Shown: piece after piece, positions 36,373 to 47,200 of the stretch
How positions within the stretch are numbered: position 1 is the first letter of the stretch
Layout of the letters: each line of letters begins with the position of its first letter
Origin: Clostridia bacterium
GTDB taxonomy: Bacteria; Bacillota; Clostridia; Oscillospirales; CAG-272
Direction of reading: 5' to 3'
Assembly (NCBI GenBank): GCA_017623975.1
Contig: JAGANX010000037.1
Span: forward strand, 310-64,309
Length of the DNA: 64,000 bases
The notes under the pieces: model-generated
Seen by the model: only the letters and a program-made list of their open reading frames with translations
Told to the model about the DNA's origin: nothing
Databases searched by the model: none
Position numbers and translations under genes: made by a program

Positions 36373-37275
36373 ATGTCGAAGGAAAGCTTGAAAAAGATTT
36401 ATTTGATATATGGCATAGTGCTTAGCGTGCTTTTGGCAGTTTTGTCTGTCTTGCTTGTGGTTATGTGTATTGACATTTACAAAAACGAGCCTGATTTGTT
36501 CACCCGTCAAAGCGTTTCAGAGCATTTTGCAAAAATTGCAGTTTTCGTCTATCTTACAATTGCAGTTATAATCGGTGGCGGTATTCTTTCAATCGTTTGC
36601 CCACTTGAAAAAGATAAATTGAAGGGCAGCGTAAAGGACGGCGTTGTTTTAAGACGACTTTCAAAAAAGCTTACCGTTATTAGTGATGAGGCGAGTGCTA
36701 AAATAGAAAAGCAACGCATTATCCGTTTTGCTATGATTATTGTCAGCATGGTTTTGGTAATCGGTGCTACTGTAAGCTCATTTATTCAAGTTCTCACCTC
36801 TTATGATGTTAATGCTGCTATAAACAAGGCGGTTATAAACGGTTGGCTAACTGTAACCTGGCATTTCTTAGCTCCCACCGCTTACCTAATAGTTACCGCT
36901 TACGTTTGTAAAAGAAGCATTAAGAAGGAGCTTGAAGTTGTTAAAGGCGAGCTTAAAAATGCAAAAACAGCGGGGGATGTGTCTAAAAAAGAAGATATCA
37001 CAGCTTCTTGTCAAGCAGATACAGTGGATGACAGATGTCAAGAGCAAGATGAAAAAAATCTTGGTCCCGTTACCAAATTAACAAACGAGCTTGGCGAAAC
37101 AGTTGAGCGAATTAAAACACCTAAAAAATGGCACAAAATCGCTTATTATTCAGTTTTCGGCATCCTTGCCTGCACCGCCGTTACCTTTATCATAGTAGGT
37201 TTAGCAAACAACGGTGCCTCTGAGGTTGTAAGAAAAGCAATTGCAATTTGTAAAGAATGTATAGGAATGGGGTAA
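36373..37275 (+). CDS. 5-TM membrane protein ending in a C-terminal CxxC (AICKECIGMG); function unknown
   Basis: 300 aa: four N-terminal TM helices, a ~75-aa charged loop with two Cys, a fifth TM, then the tail ...RKAIAICKECIGMG. Its stop is 3 nt before the next ATG. Confidence 0.65.
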   Translation: MSKESLKKIYLIYGIVLSVLLAVLSVLLVVMCIDIYKNEPDLFTRQSVSEHFAKIAVFVYLTIAVIIGGGILSIVCPLEKDKLKGSVKDGVVLRRLSKKLTVISDEASAKIEKQRIIRFAMIIVSMVLVIGATVSSFIQVLTSYDVNAAINKAVINGWLTVTWHFLAPTAYLIVTAYVCKRSIKKELEVVKGELKNAKTAGDVSKKEDITASCQADTVDDRCQEQDEKNLGPVTKLTNELGETVERIKTPKKWHKIAYYSVFGILACTAVTFIIVGLANNGASEVVRKAIAICKECIGMG

Positions 37276-37278
37276 ATT

Positions 37279-39384
37279 ATGAACAAAGTACTAAAAAAAT
37301 TAAAAAGCCTTATTCCCTCTAAGCGTAAGCTTATTCAGCTTTATTCGGCACTTTTATTTAATGCTAACATCAAGGGCTTCTTCACAGGCGATATATATAG
37401 AGGCTCTACTAAAAAAATGTGTGCCCCGGGCATTAACTGTTATTCTTGCCCGGGTGCTATTGGTGCATGTCCCCTTGGCTCACTTCAAAACGCCCTTGGC
37501 ACAAGCTCCCACGGTACGATTTTTTATGTAATCGGTATTTTACTTCTATACGCATTACTTTTAGGCAGATTTATTTGCGGCTTTTTGTGTCCCTTCGGGC
37601 TTATACAAGAGCTGCTTTACAAAATCAAAACTCCTAAGCTTAAAAAGAACAAGGTTACAAGAATTTTATCTTACTTAAAATATGTAATTCTCGTTTACTT
37701 TGTTGTCATCATCCCTGTTCTTTATTTACTGTACTCAAACAATTCCGTTCCCGTTCCCGGCTTTTGCAAATACATATGTCCGGCAGGAATTTTGGAGGGT
37801 GCCTTTGGCTACCTATCCCACCCAAGCAACGCGCAGGATATGGCGGCACTTCGCTCCTTATTTACTTGGAAATTCTGTTTAACTGTTTCCATTATCTTAG
37901 GCTCCGTGTTCATTTTCAGGCTATTCTGCCGTTTTCTTTGCCCACTTGGCGCGCTTTACGGTCTTTTCAACCACTTCTCTGTTTTCGGCATCAAGCTTGA
38001 AAAAAGCAAGTGCATAGATTGCGGTCTTTGTGTAAGCAAATGTAAGGTAGATATACGCCACGTTAATGACCACGAATGTATAAACTGCGGAGAATGTATT
38101 GAGGTTTGCCCAACGCAAGCAATTTCTTGGAAGGGCTCAAAGCTTATTTTGCCACCAAATGAAATTGAAAACCCAATCCCTGTGACTGATGATAGCCCTG
38201 AGGATATTAAGCAATTGGCAGAGGAGCAAAAGCAAGAGTTTTTAGCAAGGAACGAAAAAATCAAAAAGCGCAACAAGATACTAAAAATAGTTGTATCCTC
38301 CCTTATGCTGGCGCTTTTAGCCTTTGCTTTAATTTACTATAACTTTATTGATGTACCAAAAACCAATGACAATGAAAACGATAATAACAACACTCAAAAC
38401 GAAACTCCGCTACCGCCTGACGAGGGTAATGATGTCGGTAACATTGTACAAAAGCAGGAGCTTTTGATATTCAACGGTGACGGTGTTAGCGAAGCTGTTA
38501 TTGACCCAACAAGCTACAAGGGTAAGATTGTAATCGTTTCCTTCTGGAATTACGATAGCAACAATTCTTCCTTAGAGGCTCTTGACAAAATTGCAACAGA
38601 ATATAAAGAAAAAGCGGTTGTAATTGCTATACATACAAGTGATAATTTTGACGGTGCTTGTGATTATATTAAGGCAAATTACCAAAATTCTTCCGTTATT
38701 TTTGCAAAGGACTATGCAAAGGATGAAAAGGAAAACATCTGCTTTGCCGCTTACGGTGGTGAAAATGGCAAGCCTTTAACCCTTCTGCTCAACGAAGCAA
38801 GCGTAATCGTTTCTTCCGAAAAAGCAATTATAGGCTATGATGCGCTTAAAGCTGCGGTTAAAAAAGAAATAAGGAACGGTGATGCAAGCAACCCACCTGT
38901 TGTTGGCAACCAGGTTGGTAACCTTTGCCCATCTTACCCAATGGATATCTTTGATGAAAACGGCTTTACAGGTGAAAAAATTGACCCTGTGAAAACCGGA
39001 AAATTAACAATTATCAACTTCTGGGGTACTTGGTGCGGCGGTTGTGTTGCTGAGCTTCCTTACTTTGACAGAATTGCCGGCGAATATAAGGACAAAATTA
39101 ATGTTATTGCCGTACACACTCACTCATTGTTCGATACTGCCGCAGGCTATGTAGAGCAATATTACAAGGACTCCTCTATCATCTTCACAAAGGACAATCC
39201 CATTGACCCTGATGATGAATATTCCGCTGAGGTCTTTTTCAAGAAATTAGGCGGTGGCGATGCTTATCCTATCACTATAATTCTTGATGAAAACGGTGTT
39301 ATTATTAAAACAATTTTCAGTGCTTTAACTTACGAAGACCTTAAAAATGTAGTTGATACTGAGCTTAACAAATACCAAGATTAA
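37279..39384 (+). CDS. NapH-like polyferredoxin membrane protein fused to an extra TM and two TlpA/redoxin-like thioredoxin-fold domains
   Basis: 701 aa. Membrane Cys motifs: CYSCPGAIGACPLG, CGFLCPFG, CKYICPAG, CRFLCPLG. Two ferredoxin motifs: CIDCGLCVSKC and CINCGECIEVCP (38011-38111). Next come the TM ILKIVVSSLMLALLAFALIYY and an N/D-rich linker. Trx-like domain 1 has a degenerate motif FWNYDS (38542-38559). Domain 2 has an intact WCGGC (Cys-Gly-Gly-Cys codons 39034-39045). Confidence 0.8.
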   Translation: MNKVLKKLKSLIPSKRKLIQLYSALLFNANIKGFFTGDIYRGSTKKMCAPGINCYSCPGAIGACPLGSLQNALGTSSHGTIFYVIGILLLYALLLGRFICGFLCPFGLIQELLYKIKTPKLKKNKVTRILSYLKYVILVYFVVIIPVLYLLYSNNSVPVPGFCKYICPAGILEGAFGYLSHPSNAQDMAALRSLFTWKFCLTVSIILGSVFIFRLFCRFLCPLGALYGLFNHFSVFGIKLEKSKCIDCGLCVSKCKVDIRHVNDHECINCGECIEVCPTQAISWKGSKLILPPNEIENPIPVTDDSPEDIKQLAEEQKQEFLARNEKIKKRNKILKIVVSSLMLALLAFALIYYNFIDVPKTNDNENDNNNTQNETPLPPDEGNDVGNIVQKQELLIFNGDGVSEAVIDPTSYKGKIVIVSFWNYDSNNSSLEALDKIATEYKEKAVVIAIHTSDNFDGACDYIKANYQNSSVIFAKDYAKDEKENICFAAYGGENGKPLTLLLNEASVIVSSEKAIIGYDALKAAVKKEIRNGDASNPPVVGNQVGNLCPSYPMDIFDENGFTGEKIDPVKTGKLTIINFWGTWCGGCVAELPYFDRIAGEYKDKINVIAVHTHSLFDTAAGYVEQYYKDSSIIFTKDNPIDPDDEYSAEVFFKKLGGGDAYPITIILDENGVIIKTIFSALTYEDLKNVVDTELNKYQD

Positions 39385-39387
39385 AAT

Positions 39388-39416
39388 AAAAATCTCCGTG
39401 TCAAACGGAGATTTTT
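39388..39416. terminator. Intrinsic terminator (A-run/hairpin/T-run) after the polyferredoxin gene
   Basis: aaaaatctccgt-gtcaa-acggagattttt. Confidence 0.8.
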
Positions 39417-39424
39417 AATTCATT

Positions 39425-39458
39425 AAAATAGAGGCTTTTTTCAAAGCCTCTATTTTTT
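39425..39458. terminator. Second back-to-back intrinsic terminator serving the convergent lipoprotein operon
   Basis: aaaatagaggcttt-tttc-aaagcctctatttttt lies 5 nt from the minus-strand stop at 39463. Confidence 0.8.
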
Positions 39459-39462
39459 AATT

Positions 39463-42306
39463 TTATTCAACTGTTACAGTAAACTCGTACTCGCCTGCAT
39501 TTTCTGCGGAAATTGCAAAGTAAATCCAGTTGCCCATTGTGTCCTCAATTGTAAGTGTATTGTTTTCTACATCTACAAGAGTTGAGCCAGCCATTGACCT
39601 TTCAACCAAGCAAAGATTAGCCTCGCCATTTAATGTAATTGTCAGCTTGCAGCCCTCGTTTGCGGAGAATACATAGTATGTGATTCCGTTTACATCTGCG
39701 GTATATGTACCGCTTTCTGTCACTTCAATAGCATTTTCCTCGGTTGTGCCCTGTGCAAGCTCCTCTGATGTATATTCAAGCAAGATGCTTTCGTTAGCAC
39801 CGTTCTGTGTGGAAACAGCTATTGTATAGAACATATTATTTGTTTCAAATGTATATGTAGCCTTGTCGCCAGCTACTGTCGACATACCTATTGGAGTGTC
39901 GTTTTCGTCAATAATTCCGTCCTCATTTGTGTCAGCATTATAAACCTTAATTACTGCGTTTGCGCTATTTGCGGAAATTGTAAATTTAACGCTTTGACTT
40001 GGACGAACATAAAGTGTGTACCAAACTGTACCGTTTTCCTTAACCTCTGCGGTTTCCTTCATCTCATCTACTGTATCAAAATCAAATGGAGCATCAGCCG
40101 CGCCTGTCTTAATACGGGTAAGTGAGTATGAGCCGTAGTTAGACATTTCAAGAGCAATTTCTTCAAAGTTGGAGGTATATCCCTCGGGATATTCAACCTT
40201 AACTACATAATTATCCGCAAACACAACGTCTGCAAATACTACGCGTCCGTTCTCTCCTGTTGTGCCTCTTACTACCTCTGTTAATTCATCACCGTTTTGC
40301 TTGTACAGTATAACAACAATATTGCTTGCTACATCACCGTCTTTGTTTACATAAATTGTGTAATCAACTTTTTCTTCGCCAAAATTAAATTTTACGGAAG
40401 TAGCAAAGTCAGCACCTACATCAAATCCATTTACGGCAATCAAAACCGTTTCTCCCTTTGAAAGTGGGAACAAGTGCTTGCCATCATCTGTAACAAGACC
40501 TACTCCGTCGCCGTCAAAGTGAACATCAACGCTTGCATCGGTTGTTACGCAAAGAGTGCCGTCTTCCTTTGCTGTGTATGAATAGTAAATTGTTGTATCC
40601 TTTTCAATTGTAGCTTCCTCTGTGTATCCGTCAGCACCCACCTTATCAGTTACATCAAACGGGTTATTGTGTGTACCCGGAGCTTTCATTGAAACGTCAA
40701 CGCTTTGGGCTTCGTCTGCTGTGATAGAGAAAATTGATATTTGTCCTTTTGCCTCGGAAAGATTAAATGTACCGTTAACTATTTGTGAAAGATCATCGTT
40801 ATAATCAAGCTTAACGCCTGTTGAAACAATGCTAACAACCTTTCTGTGTCCGTTAGGAACAGCAAACCAAACTGTTTGACCCGCTTCAAGGTTCAACTGT
40901 ACCTCACCGAGCAATATGATAGGAGATTCCTTGCTTGCACCCGGAATCTTGTTTGTTATCTTGATTTTACCAACAGCTGAGTCATTATAAACGAAGTATG
41001 CAGGCTCTATATAAACGTTATCAGCCCTTAAAACTGCTGTATAGTATCCGTTTGGTGCTACAAAGGTAGCAATACCGTTTTCACCTGTTACAATAGTTTC
41101 AATGATCTCATCATCTACATTATAAACATCAATTACATAGCCGGCAAGCTCAGTTGACACACTAACGGTATATGTAATTTCGGAGTGAGTAACAACCGTT
41201 ACCTCAATCGTCGTAGAGTCGCTTGTGAAATGGAATTTACCGTCATCACCCGCACCAATTACCTCATATGCAGGGCTTACGATAATTACTTCAACGCTGT
41301 AATCGCCTTCACCTAAATTTTCAAAGGTAGCAATGCCGTTTTCGTTTGTTTTAACAACATCTTCAAGGAAGCCGTCAGCATAAAGCTTAACCTGTGCGCC
41401 AACAACAGCATCACCAAACATTGTGGCAACCCTTACAGAATATGTTGCCTTCTTTTTAGCAATAATTGTGCAGCCGTACTCGCCGCTTTCAAATGTTGCT
41501 TGTGCTTGGCTTAAATCATACGCACCACCGCTTAAAACCTCAGTAACCCTTGCACTCAATTCGCCGCCGTGCAATGTGATAACGCCTGTTACCATACCGT
41601 CCGGGTCGGTTATAAGTGAGTCAGCATAAGTATTCTCACCCATTTGGAGCTGAATTTTAGCACCGTCAACCGCTTGTTCTTTATCGTCAAATACATTAAT
41701 TACAACCCTTTGAACGTAAATTACAAGCTCACGTGAGCCTTCGTCAAAATATACATATTCGCTTGAAGCAATAAAATCATCAACGCCTGTGATGGAGTTA
41801 ATCTTTGCCTTCAATTGACCCTCTTTGAGGTCATAAGTTCTTGTACCAACTCCGTCTGCGCCTGTTTTGATAGGCTGAAAGAAGCAGGTTTCGCCTTGAC
41901 AAATTTGAATAGCTGCGCCGTTTACACCCTTGCCTGTTTCACGGTTAATAACCGTAACCTTTACAAGATTTGGGTCATCCTGTGGCTTTTGGTCATCAGG
42001 TGGAGTTACAGTTGAGCTTCCTGCACCTGAATTATCTGTGCTTGGAGTCGTTGTAGAGCTGTTTGTACCCGGGGTGTCTGTACCGGAATTGCTTGTAGAA
42101 TTGTCTGTGCTTGAATTATCTGTATTGCCGGGGTTTTGGCTTGGTGTAGTAGAGTTGCCTGTTGAACCGCTGTTATCAGTTGAACTGCTTGCTCCGCTTT
42201 GTGAGGAGCCTGCGCCACCGTCACCGTTACAGCTACATGATGCAAATACTGCAAGCATGCCAAGCAAAAGCATTAAAGTAGCCATAAGTATAGCAATTTT
42301 CTTCAT
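39463..42306 (-). CDS. 947-aa tethered lipoprotein with four prealbumin/CarboxypepD_reg-like repeats and several PPC-like beta-sandwich modules; function unknown
   Basis: Lipobox FASC and an ~80-aa S/T/N/G low-complexity tether. Repeats resemble VKVTVINRETGKGVNGAAIQI... and YSVRVATMFGDAVVGAQVKLY...NENGIATFENLGEGDYSVEV. Later modules start with N-P-F / A-P-F-D motifs. Confidence 0.7.
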   Translation of the reverse strand: MKKIAILMATLMLLLGMLAVFASCSCNGDGGAGSSQSGASSSTDNSGSTGNSTTPSQNPGNTDNSSTDNSTSNSGTDTPGTNSSTTTPSTDNSGAGSSTVTPPDDQKPQDDPNLVKVTVINRETGKGVNGAAIQICQGETCFFQPIKTGADGVGTRTYDLKEGQLKAKINSITGVDDFIASSEYVYFDEGSRELVIYVQRVVINVFDDKEQAVDGAKIQLQMGENTYADSLITDPDGMVTGVITLHGGELSARVTEVLSGGAYDLSQAQATFESGEYGCTIIAKKKATYSVRVATMFGDAVVGAQVKLYADGFLEDVVKTNENGIATFENLGEGDYSVEVIIVSPAYEVIGAGDDGKFHFTSDSTTIEVTVVTHSEITYTVSVSTELAGYVIDVYNVDDEIIETIVTGENGIATFVAPNGYYTAVLRADNVYIEPAYFVYNDSAVGKIKITNKIPGASKESPIILLGEVQLNLEAGQTVWFAVPNGHRKVVSIVSTGVKLDYNDDLSQIVNGTFNLSEAKGQISIFSITADEAQSVDVSMKAPGTHNNPFDVTDKVGADGYTEEATIEKDTTIYYSYTAKEDGTLCVTTDASVDVHFDGDGVGLVTDDGKHLFPLSKGETVLIAVNGFDVGADFATSVKFNFGEEKVDYTIYVNKDGDVASNIVVILYKQNGDELTEVVRGTTGENGRVVFADVVFADNYVVKVEYPEGYTSNFEEIALEMSNYGSYSLTRIKTGAADAPFDFDTVDEMKETAEVKENGTVWYTLYVRPSQSVKFTISANSANAVIKVYNADTNEDGIIDENDTPIGMSTVAGDKATYTFETNNMFYTIAVSTQNGANESILLEYTSEELAQGTTEENAIEVTESGTYTADVNGITYYVFSANEGCKLTITLNGEANLCLVERSMAGSTLVDVENNTLTIEDTMGNWIYFAISAENAGEYEFTVTVE

Positions 42307-42376
42307 TTCTTATACCTCCTAAGGATTCTTACAAGTGTAATTACACTATCTTAAATTGTCACCGTATTTTGTCACT

Positions 42377-44143
42377 TTAACCGATATATACAACAAAGTT
42401 AAAGTAGATAGCTGTTTGTGCATCTTCGCCCATATATATAATCTCGAAGTTTTGGTTAGCATTAACAACAACGCTAAGTGTACCCATGCCACTTTCAGCT
42501 ACATATTCTATACCGTCATTTGCTATGATTTTTATATTCTCTGCGTTTTTAATAGTGATAGTTGCTTTTGTTGTAGTTCTAAACAAAACGCTTACGTCCT
42601 TTTCAAGCAACGCTGCGTATGTTTTTATGCTTTCACTGCCGTCCGCAGTTAAGGGAGCAGGCTTATTTTGTGTGCCTAATGCTTTTCGATTTTCATATGC
42701 ACAGGCAAAAAGCCATGCGTTTTCTTCAACAACGCTTGCTGCTTCATCTCCAAATATATGAAACTCACTATTCAAGTCGAACCAGCCGTTATGCTCACCA
42801 ATATTCTTTATTGCCTGTGCAAGCTGCTTATTTAACGGATACATTCCATTTGTACCGCATAGCTCTGCGTACTGATAAAGCATATCATTATAGCTTTCTT
42901 TTGCAATAACAGCTCCGCTTTCATCATAGAAAACCTTACCCAGTCTGCCTGTTTCACACATAGCAATAAATGACGGCAAATACTTATAAATCGTTTCCGT
43001 GCTTGTGGAGCTTTCAACAACCGCGCTGGAAATTCTTATGTAAATTATAGGTCCGTCAACAGTATTCAAATGATAATATCCATCATTTTCATTATATACA
43101 ACTGTTAAGCCTTTGTCAGTAACATCGAAATCAACAAATTCGCTGTTAACGTAGCTATCAACCTTTATAGCATTTTTGTCAGCTTGAACATCTGTCCAAG
43201 GCATATTTACCGTGGCATTACCGATTCTTTCAATTTTAAGAACACATCCTGACTCTGTAAAGGAACGAATGCCTATAACAATTTGTGTTGTACCACCCGG
43301 ATTACCGATATTAACGCCCTCGTTTTTAACTTCAAGCTCAAAGGCGCCATCCTTCACTTCAATAGGGCAGGATGCCAAAACATTGTGCGGTGAACCGTAG
43401 TAGCCAAGCGTTACAGCCCTTTTCGCCTCATAGCTAACCCTATAAATACCGCCACGTGTAGGGGTAAATAAGAAATATGAGTTTGCGGGGCGGTCGATTG
43501 TTACATAGGTTGCGCCCTCCTCTACTTGTACTGCATTATATGGGACATGGGTAATACCGTCAGTATCATAAACATAAATTTCTTCTTTGTTGGTTTCATC
43601 TGCATAGCTGCAAAGAGACACTGTTGCCTCAGGCTCCTCAGCTGTTAAAATGCAGGCACTTTTATCATAGTGGAGCTGACCCTCCATTGGCATAACCTCA
43701 AAGGTGTATTCACCTGCTTCAAGCTTAAAAGAAGCATTACCGCGTATCATAGGCACTTGGCTAACTTCTTCTCCATCAGCATTAAACACGCTAACGATAA
43801 CTGTAAAATCAGGCTCGTTACCAAACGCATCAACTGCTTTTACCTTATATGTTATCACTTTTGGTGTTTCTTGTGGTTTATCATCGTTTGTGCCATCATT
43901 TTTGCTATCATCTGTACTGCTTGGCAAGGAGCTCTCTGTATTCGAATCCCCCGTACCAATACTACCGCCAACACTTGAATTATCGCCGCCTTGTGAGCCC
44001 GATGTATCCGTTTGCGCGCCATCGCCTGCTACACTTGATTGAGAGGATTGTGTTGAGCCATCCTCTCCGCCGCAAGATGCAAAGACTAAGATAACGCTAA
44101 AAATCAAGCACAAAAGCGTTAATATAGTAAAAATCTTCTTCAT
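42377..44143 (-). CDS. 588-aa tethered lipoprotein sharing a cryptic DGYYH...YP(L/V) module with the 1137-aa neighbour; function unknown
   Basis: I prefer the start MKKIFTIL (ATG 44143, GGAG RBS 6 nt upstream). Lipobox FASC, an S/T/D tether, one prealbumin-like repeat, then NENDGYYHLNTVDGPIIYI ... MYPLNKQLAQAIKNIGEHNGW. Confidence 0.7.
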   Translation of the reverse strand: MKKIFTILTLLCLIFSVILVFASCGGEDGSTQSSQSSVAGDGAQTDTSGSQGGDNSSVGGSIGTGDSNTESSLPSSTDDSKNDGTNDDKPQETPKVITYKVKAVDAFGNEPDFTVIVSVFNADGEEVSQVPMIRGNASFKLEAGEYTFEVMPMEGQLHYDKSACILTAEEPEATVSLCSYADETNKEEIYVYDTDGITHVPYNAVQVEEGATYVTIDRPANSYFLFTPTRGGIYRVSYEAKRAVTLGYYGSPHNVLASCPIEVKDGAFELEVKNEGVNIGNPGGTTQIVIGIRSFTESGCVLKIERIGNATVNMPWTDVQADKNAIKVDSYVNSEFVDFDVTDKGLTVVYNENDGYYHLNTVDGPIIYIRISSAVVESSTSTETIYKYLPSFIAMCETGRLGKVFYDESGAVIAKESYNDMLYQYAELCGTNGMYPLNKQLAQAIKNIGEHNGWFDLNSEFHIFGDEAASVVEENAWLFACAYENRKALGTQNKPAPLTADGSESIKTYAALLEKDVSVLFRTTTKATITIKNAENIKIIANDGIEYVAESGMGTLSVVVNANQNFEIIYMGEDAQTAIYFNFVVYIG

Positions 44144-44162
44144 ATAATTCTCCATTTACATA

Positions 44163-44191
44163 ACTCCCGCCAAGGAAGGCACGGCGGGAGT
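44163..44191 (-). other. Intercistronic GC-rich stem-loop without U-run
   Basis: actcccgcc (44163-44171) and ggcgggagt (44183-44191) form a 9-bp stem with an 11-nt loop, between the 1137-aa stop and the 588-aa start. Confidence 0.5.
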
Positions 44192-44200
44192 CAAGCTAAG

Positions 44201-47200
44201 TTACTGTTGAGCCTTATCTACCTCAATAAGTCTATATACTTCCGCTGTAACTATATCTACCAAGGATCTTTCAACTGCAACAATTGTCCAGTGGTCAAGC
44301 GCTTCATAAAGCTCTTGAACCAATGCATCAATCTCGCCCGCAATGTCCTCGCTTGCAACATCAGCACTGTCAAGCAATGCATTAAGGTCTGCAAGCTTTT
44401 CATCAACACTCTTCGGTGCAGTCAGTGGTCTATAATAATAGCAAAGCTTTGTCCAAGAATCTTTTACGCCTTCAAATGTGAATTTATCCATCAATGCTTG
44501 AAGCATTACTCCAAGCTCCTTATCAACAGGAACACAGCCCTGGCGTTCAGGATAAATAACCTCTGTGCTTGTTCCGTCTGTACCGTCATCAAGCTTGTCA
44601 AGATATTTTCTCATAGCTTCGGTGTAATCAGGGCCATTACCGTGGTAAATACCCTTTATAATATCTTCCATTTTGTACAATTCCCAGTTTGCATCAAAAT
44701 TGTCGCCCCAAAGCTCTCTTAAAGCTGCCTTACCGCCCTCTTCATAGTAATTTTTGAAATATACGTATGCTTCCCTATCCGTCTCTGTCATACGCATATC
44801 AAATGCGCCTTCTTCAATAAGCGTTTCAAGAGATTGTTTGCCGAAAATATTAGTTGTAAAGTGGAAATCTGCATACACTATTGAACCCAGCTCACCATTT
44901 GGCAAGAGGTGACAATAGTAGCCGTATCTTGGGTCATCTTCATCCTCGCAAAGCTTAACGTCAATGCCCGTTGCAATAATTTCTTGGCTAATTTCATCGT
45001 AAGAGAATACACCCGGTGATGCTTCTTCAAACACATCAAAGGTTTCGCCTACATATTTAAGGTCAAATGTAAATGTACCTGCTGCATAAACGTCATAGTA
45101 CGCAATATCAATGTAGTATTCAACGCCTTCTTCAAAGTAGCCTATCATTGTACAGTTTGTAAGGTCTCTTTCATAAACACCATTGCCGTCCGGGTCAACA
45201 AGAAGCTCAGGACAGTATCTCTCACCTGTGAAGGAATCAAGATAAAGAACTCTGTCGCCGCCGTTTTCATTTACCCACTGCTCAAAGCTACCTATGAACA
45301 CCCATCCGTTCACCTCTTGTGTAGCGTTAGATGTAATACGGTAAACGCCTGATTTTGTAGGAACGAACTTGTAAAGGAAGCCTCTTGGCATAATGATTTG
45401 TGTATATGTTACTGTGTTTTTAAAGCCCTCCTCGCCCTCTAATGTTTCAACAGCATCAAATGCGGAGAATGTTGTAAGACCGCGAATTGGGTCCTCTAAC
45501 TGAGAGGCTGTACCGTATGCCTCATAGTAAGAGCAAAGCTGGAGCCAAGTATTTTCATCATAACCAAATGCTGCTTTCTGCTTAGCAAATTCATCAAGAT
45601 AGCCTTTAAGCTCCTCTGTTACAGGACAATATCCATAGAGCTTAGAGTTAGACGCATAATTACAGTACATAATGAATGAATTGTAAACGTCCTTACCGTT
45701 GTAAATAAACTCGCCTTGGTCAACCAAAACGGTTGTAACGGTAAATCTTTCTTCCTCAGGGAAGAGCAAGGAAAGCTGTGTGTTGGAGCCTAAAAGACTT
45801 GCCAAAAGAAGCGGACCGTCCTTTGTGCCAACGTGGTAGTAGCCATCCTCTTCATTAAACACAACGTCAACGTAGGTTTCAAAGAAGATATCGTCATACT
45901 TGTCAGTTGCTGCATATCTTGGAATATAAGTTTCAATTTCCAATTCCTTTGCATCAACTACCTTAAAGTTGTCAAGATAAACTCTATCGTCGCCATCCAT
46001 ATCGCTTTCATCCTTGATGTAGCAGAAGGCAACCTCATAGGTTCCGTCCTGTGTTGCTACCCATGGGCAACAGGTTTGCCATGGCTCTTGCAGCAAATTA
46101 CCGTCATCGTCCTCCATTGGTCTTCCGGAAATTGTGTAAATATCCTTACCGTCAACCAAAACATAGAGAACGTCATAAAGTCTTTGCGTTGAAGCATAAT
46201 AGTCAAACACAATAGCCTCACCGGCTTTAAGCTCTACATCAACGTAAAGAATGCAGTAAGAGTTGTCTAAATCTACGTTTGTAGATGCCAAGCACTTTTC
46301 TCCATCCTTTTCGTAAACAATAAACGGCCATGCGTATTCAGCATCCTCACCATCGGTTTCAGGTCTGAATGTTATGTTAATATCACCGTTTACAACAGCA
46401 TCCTTAATTTCATTTTCAGGGGACATTTCAATGTCCGGCTTTACCATAGGAGAAAGATCGTAGATTGATGAGTAAAGCTCCTGCTCATAGTTACTTGATA
46501 CATAGTGCTCGAATGCGTTAAAGAAATATCTTTCACCTAAAACGCCGCCCACCTGTATCATAGAAATAACGCCATAACGGTCAATCATTACAGAGCATGG
46601 GTTTACTGTAAAGCCAAATGCTTCTTGAATACCGCTTACATCCTTAACCATTGGGAAGGTTAATGCACAACCGTCCTCTGTATAATAGCCCGGCTTTGCA
46701 AATTCTTCCATAAAATCTCTTATGTTCTTGTCATTATCGGCACCGTATGCGTTAATACCGATAATTTCAATATCGTCACCGTATTTTTCATAAGCTGCTT
46801 GAATGTATGGGAATTCCTCAATACAGTAAGTACAGGTTGTGTACCAGAAGTTAAGCATAACAGCCTTTTTGCCGTTTGCTAAAAGGTCGGAGAGCTTAAC
46901 CTGCTTTGTTTCAATCATACCTGTGTCCTTGTTGTAAACGTATGCAGTAAGCTCAAAGTCATACATTACATCCCCAAGTCCAAGTTGAAGCCCTGAAAAA
47001 TCATTGTCCTCATTGGGAACAATTTCCGTTTTAACCTTGATTTCAACGCCTGTTGTACCAAGCTCATAGAAATCATCATGAACGTAACCGGCAGGGAAAT
47101 TCTCTACATAAACGTATTTAGCATCCTCAGGATACGCTTTCAAAACGACAGAACCGTTTTCCGCTGTTTTACCCCAAGCGGCTGTGCCTGAGCCAAGCTC

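Noticed and set aside
41930-42322. 130-aa + strand ORF; a similar 149-aa ORF at 47184-47633, rich in P/L/V/E/S
   Set aside because: These are reverse-frame translations of the S/T/G/N-rich lipoprotein tethers. Low-complexity DNA stays open in several frames.
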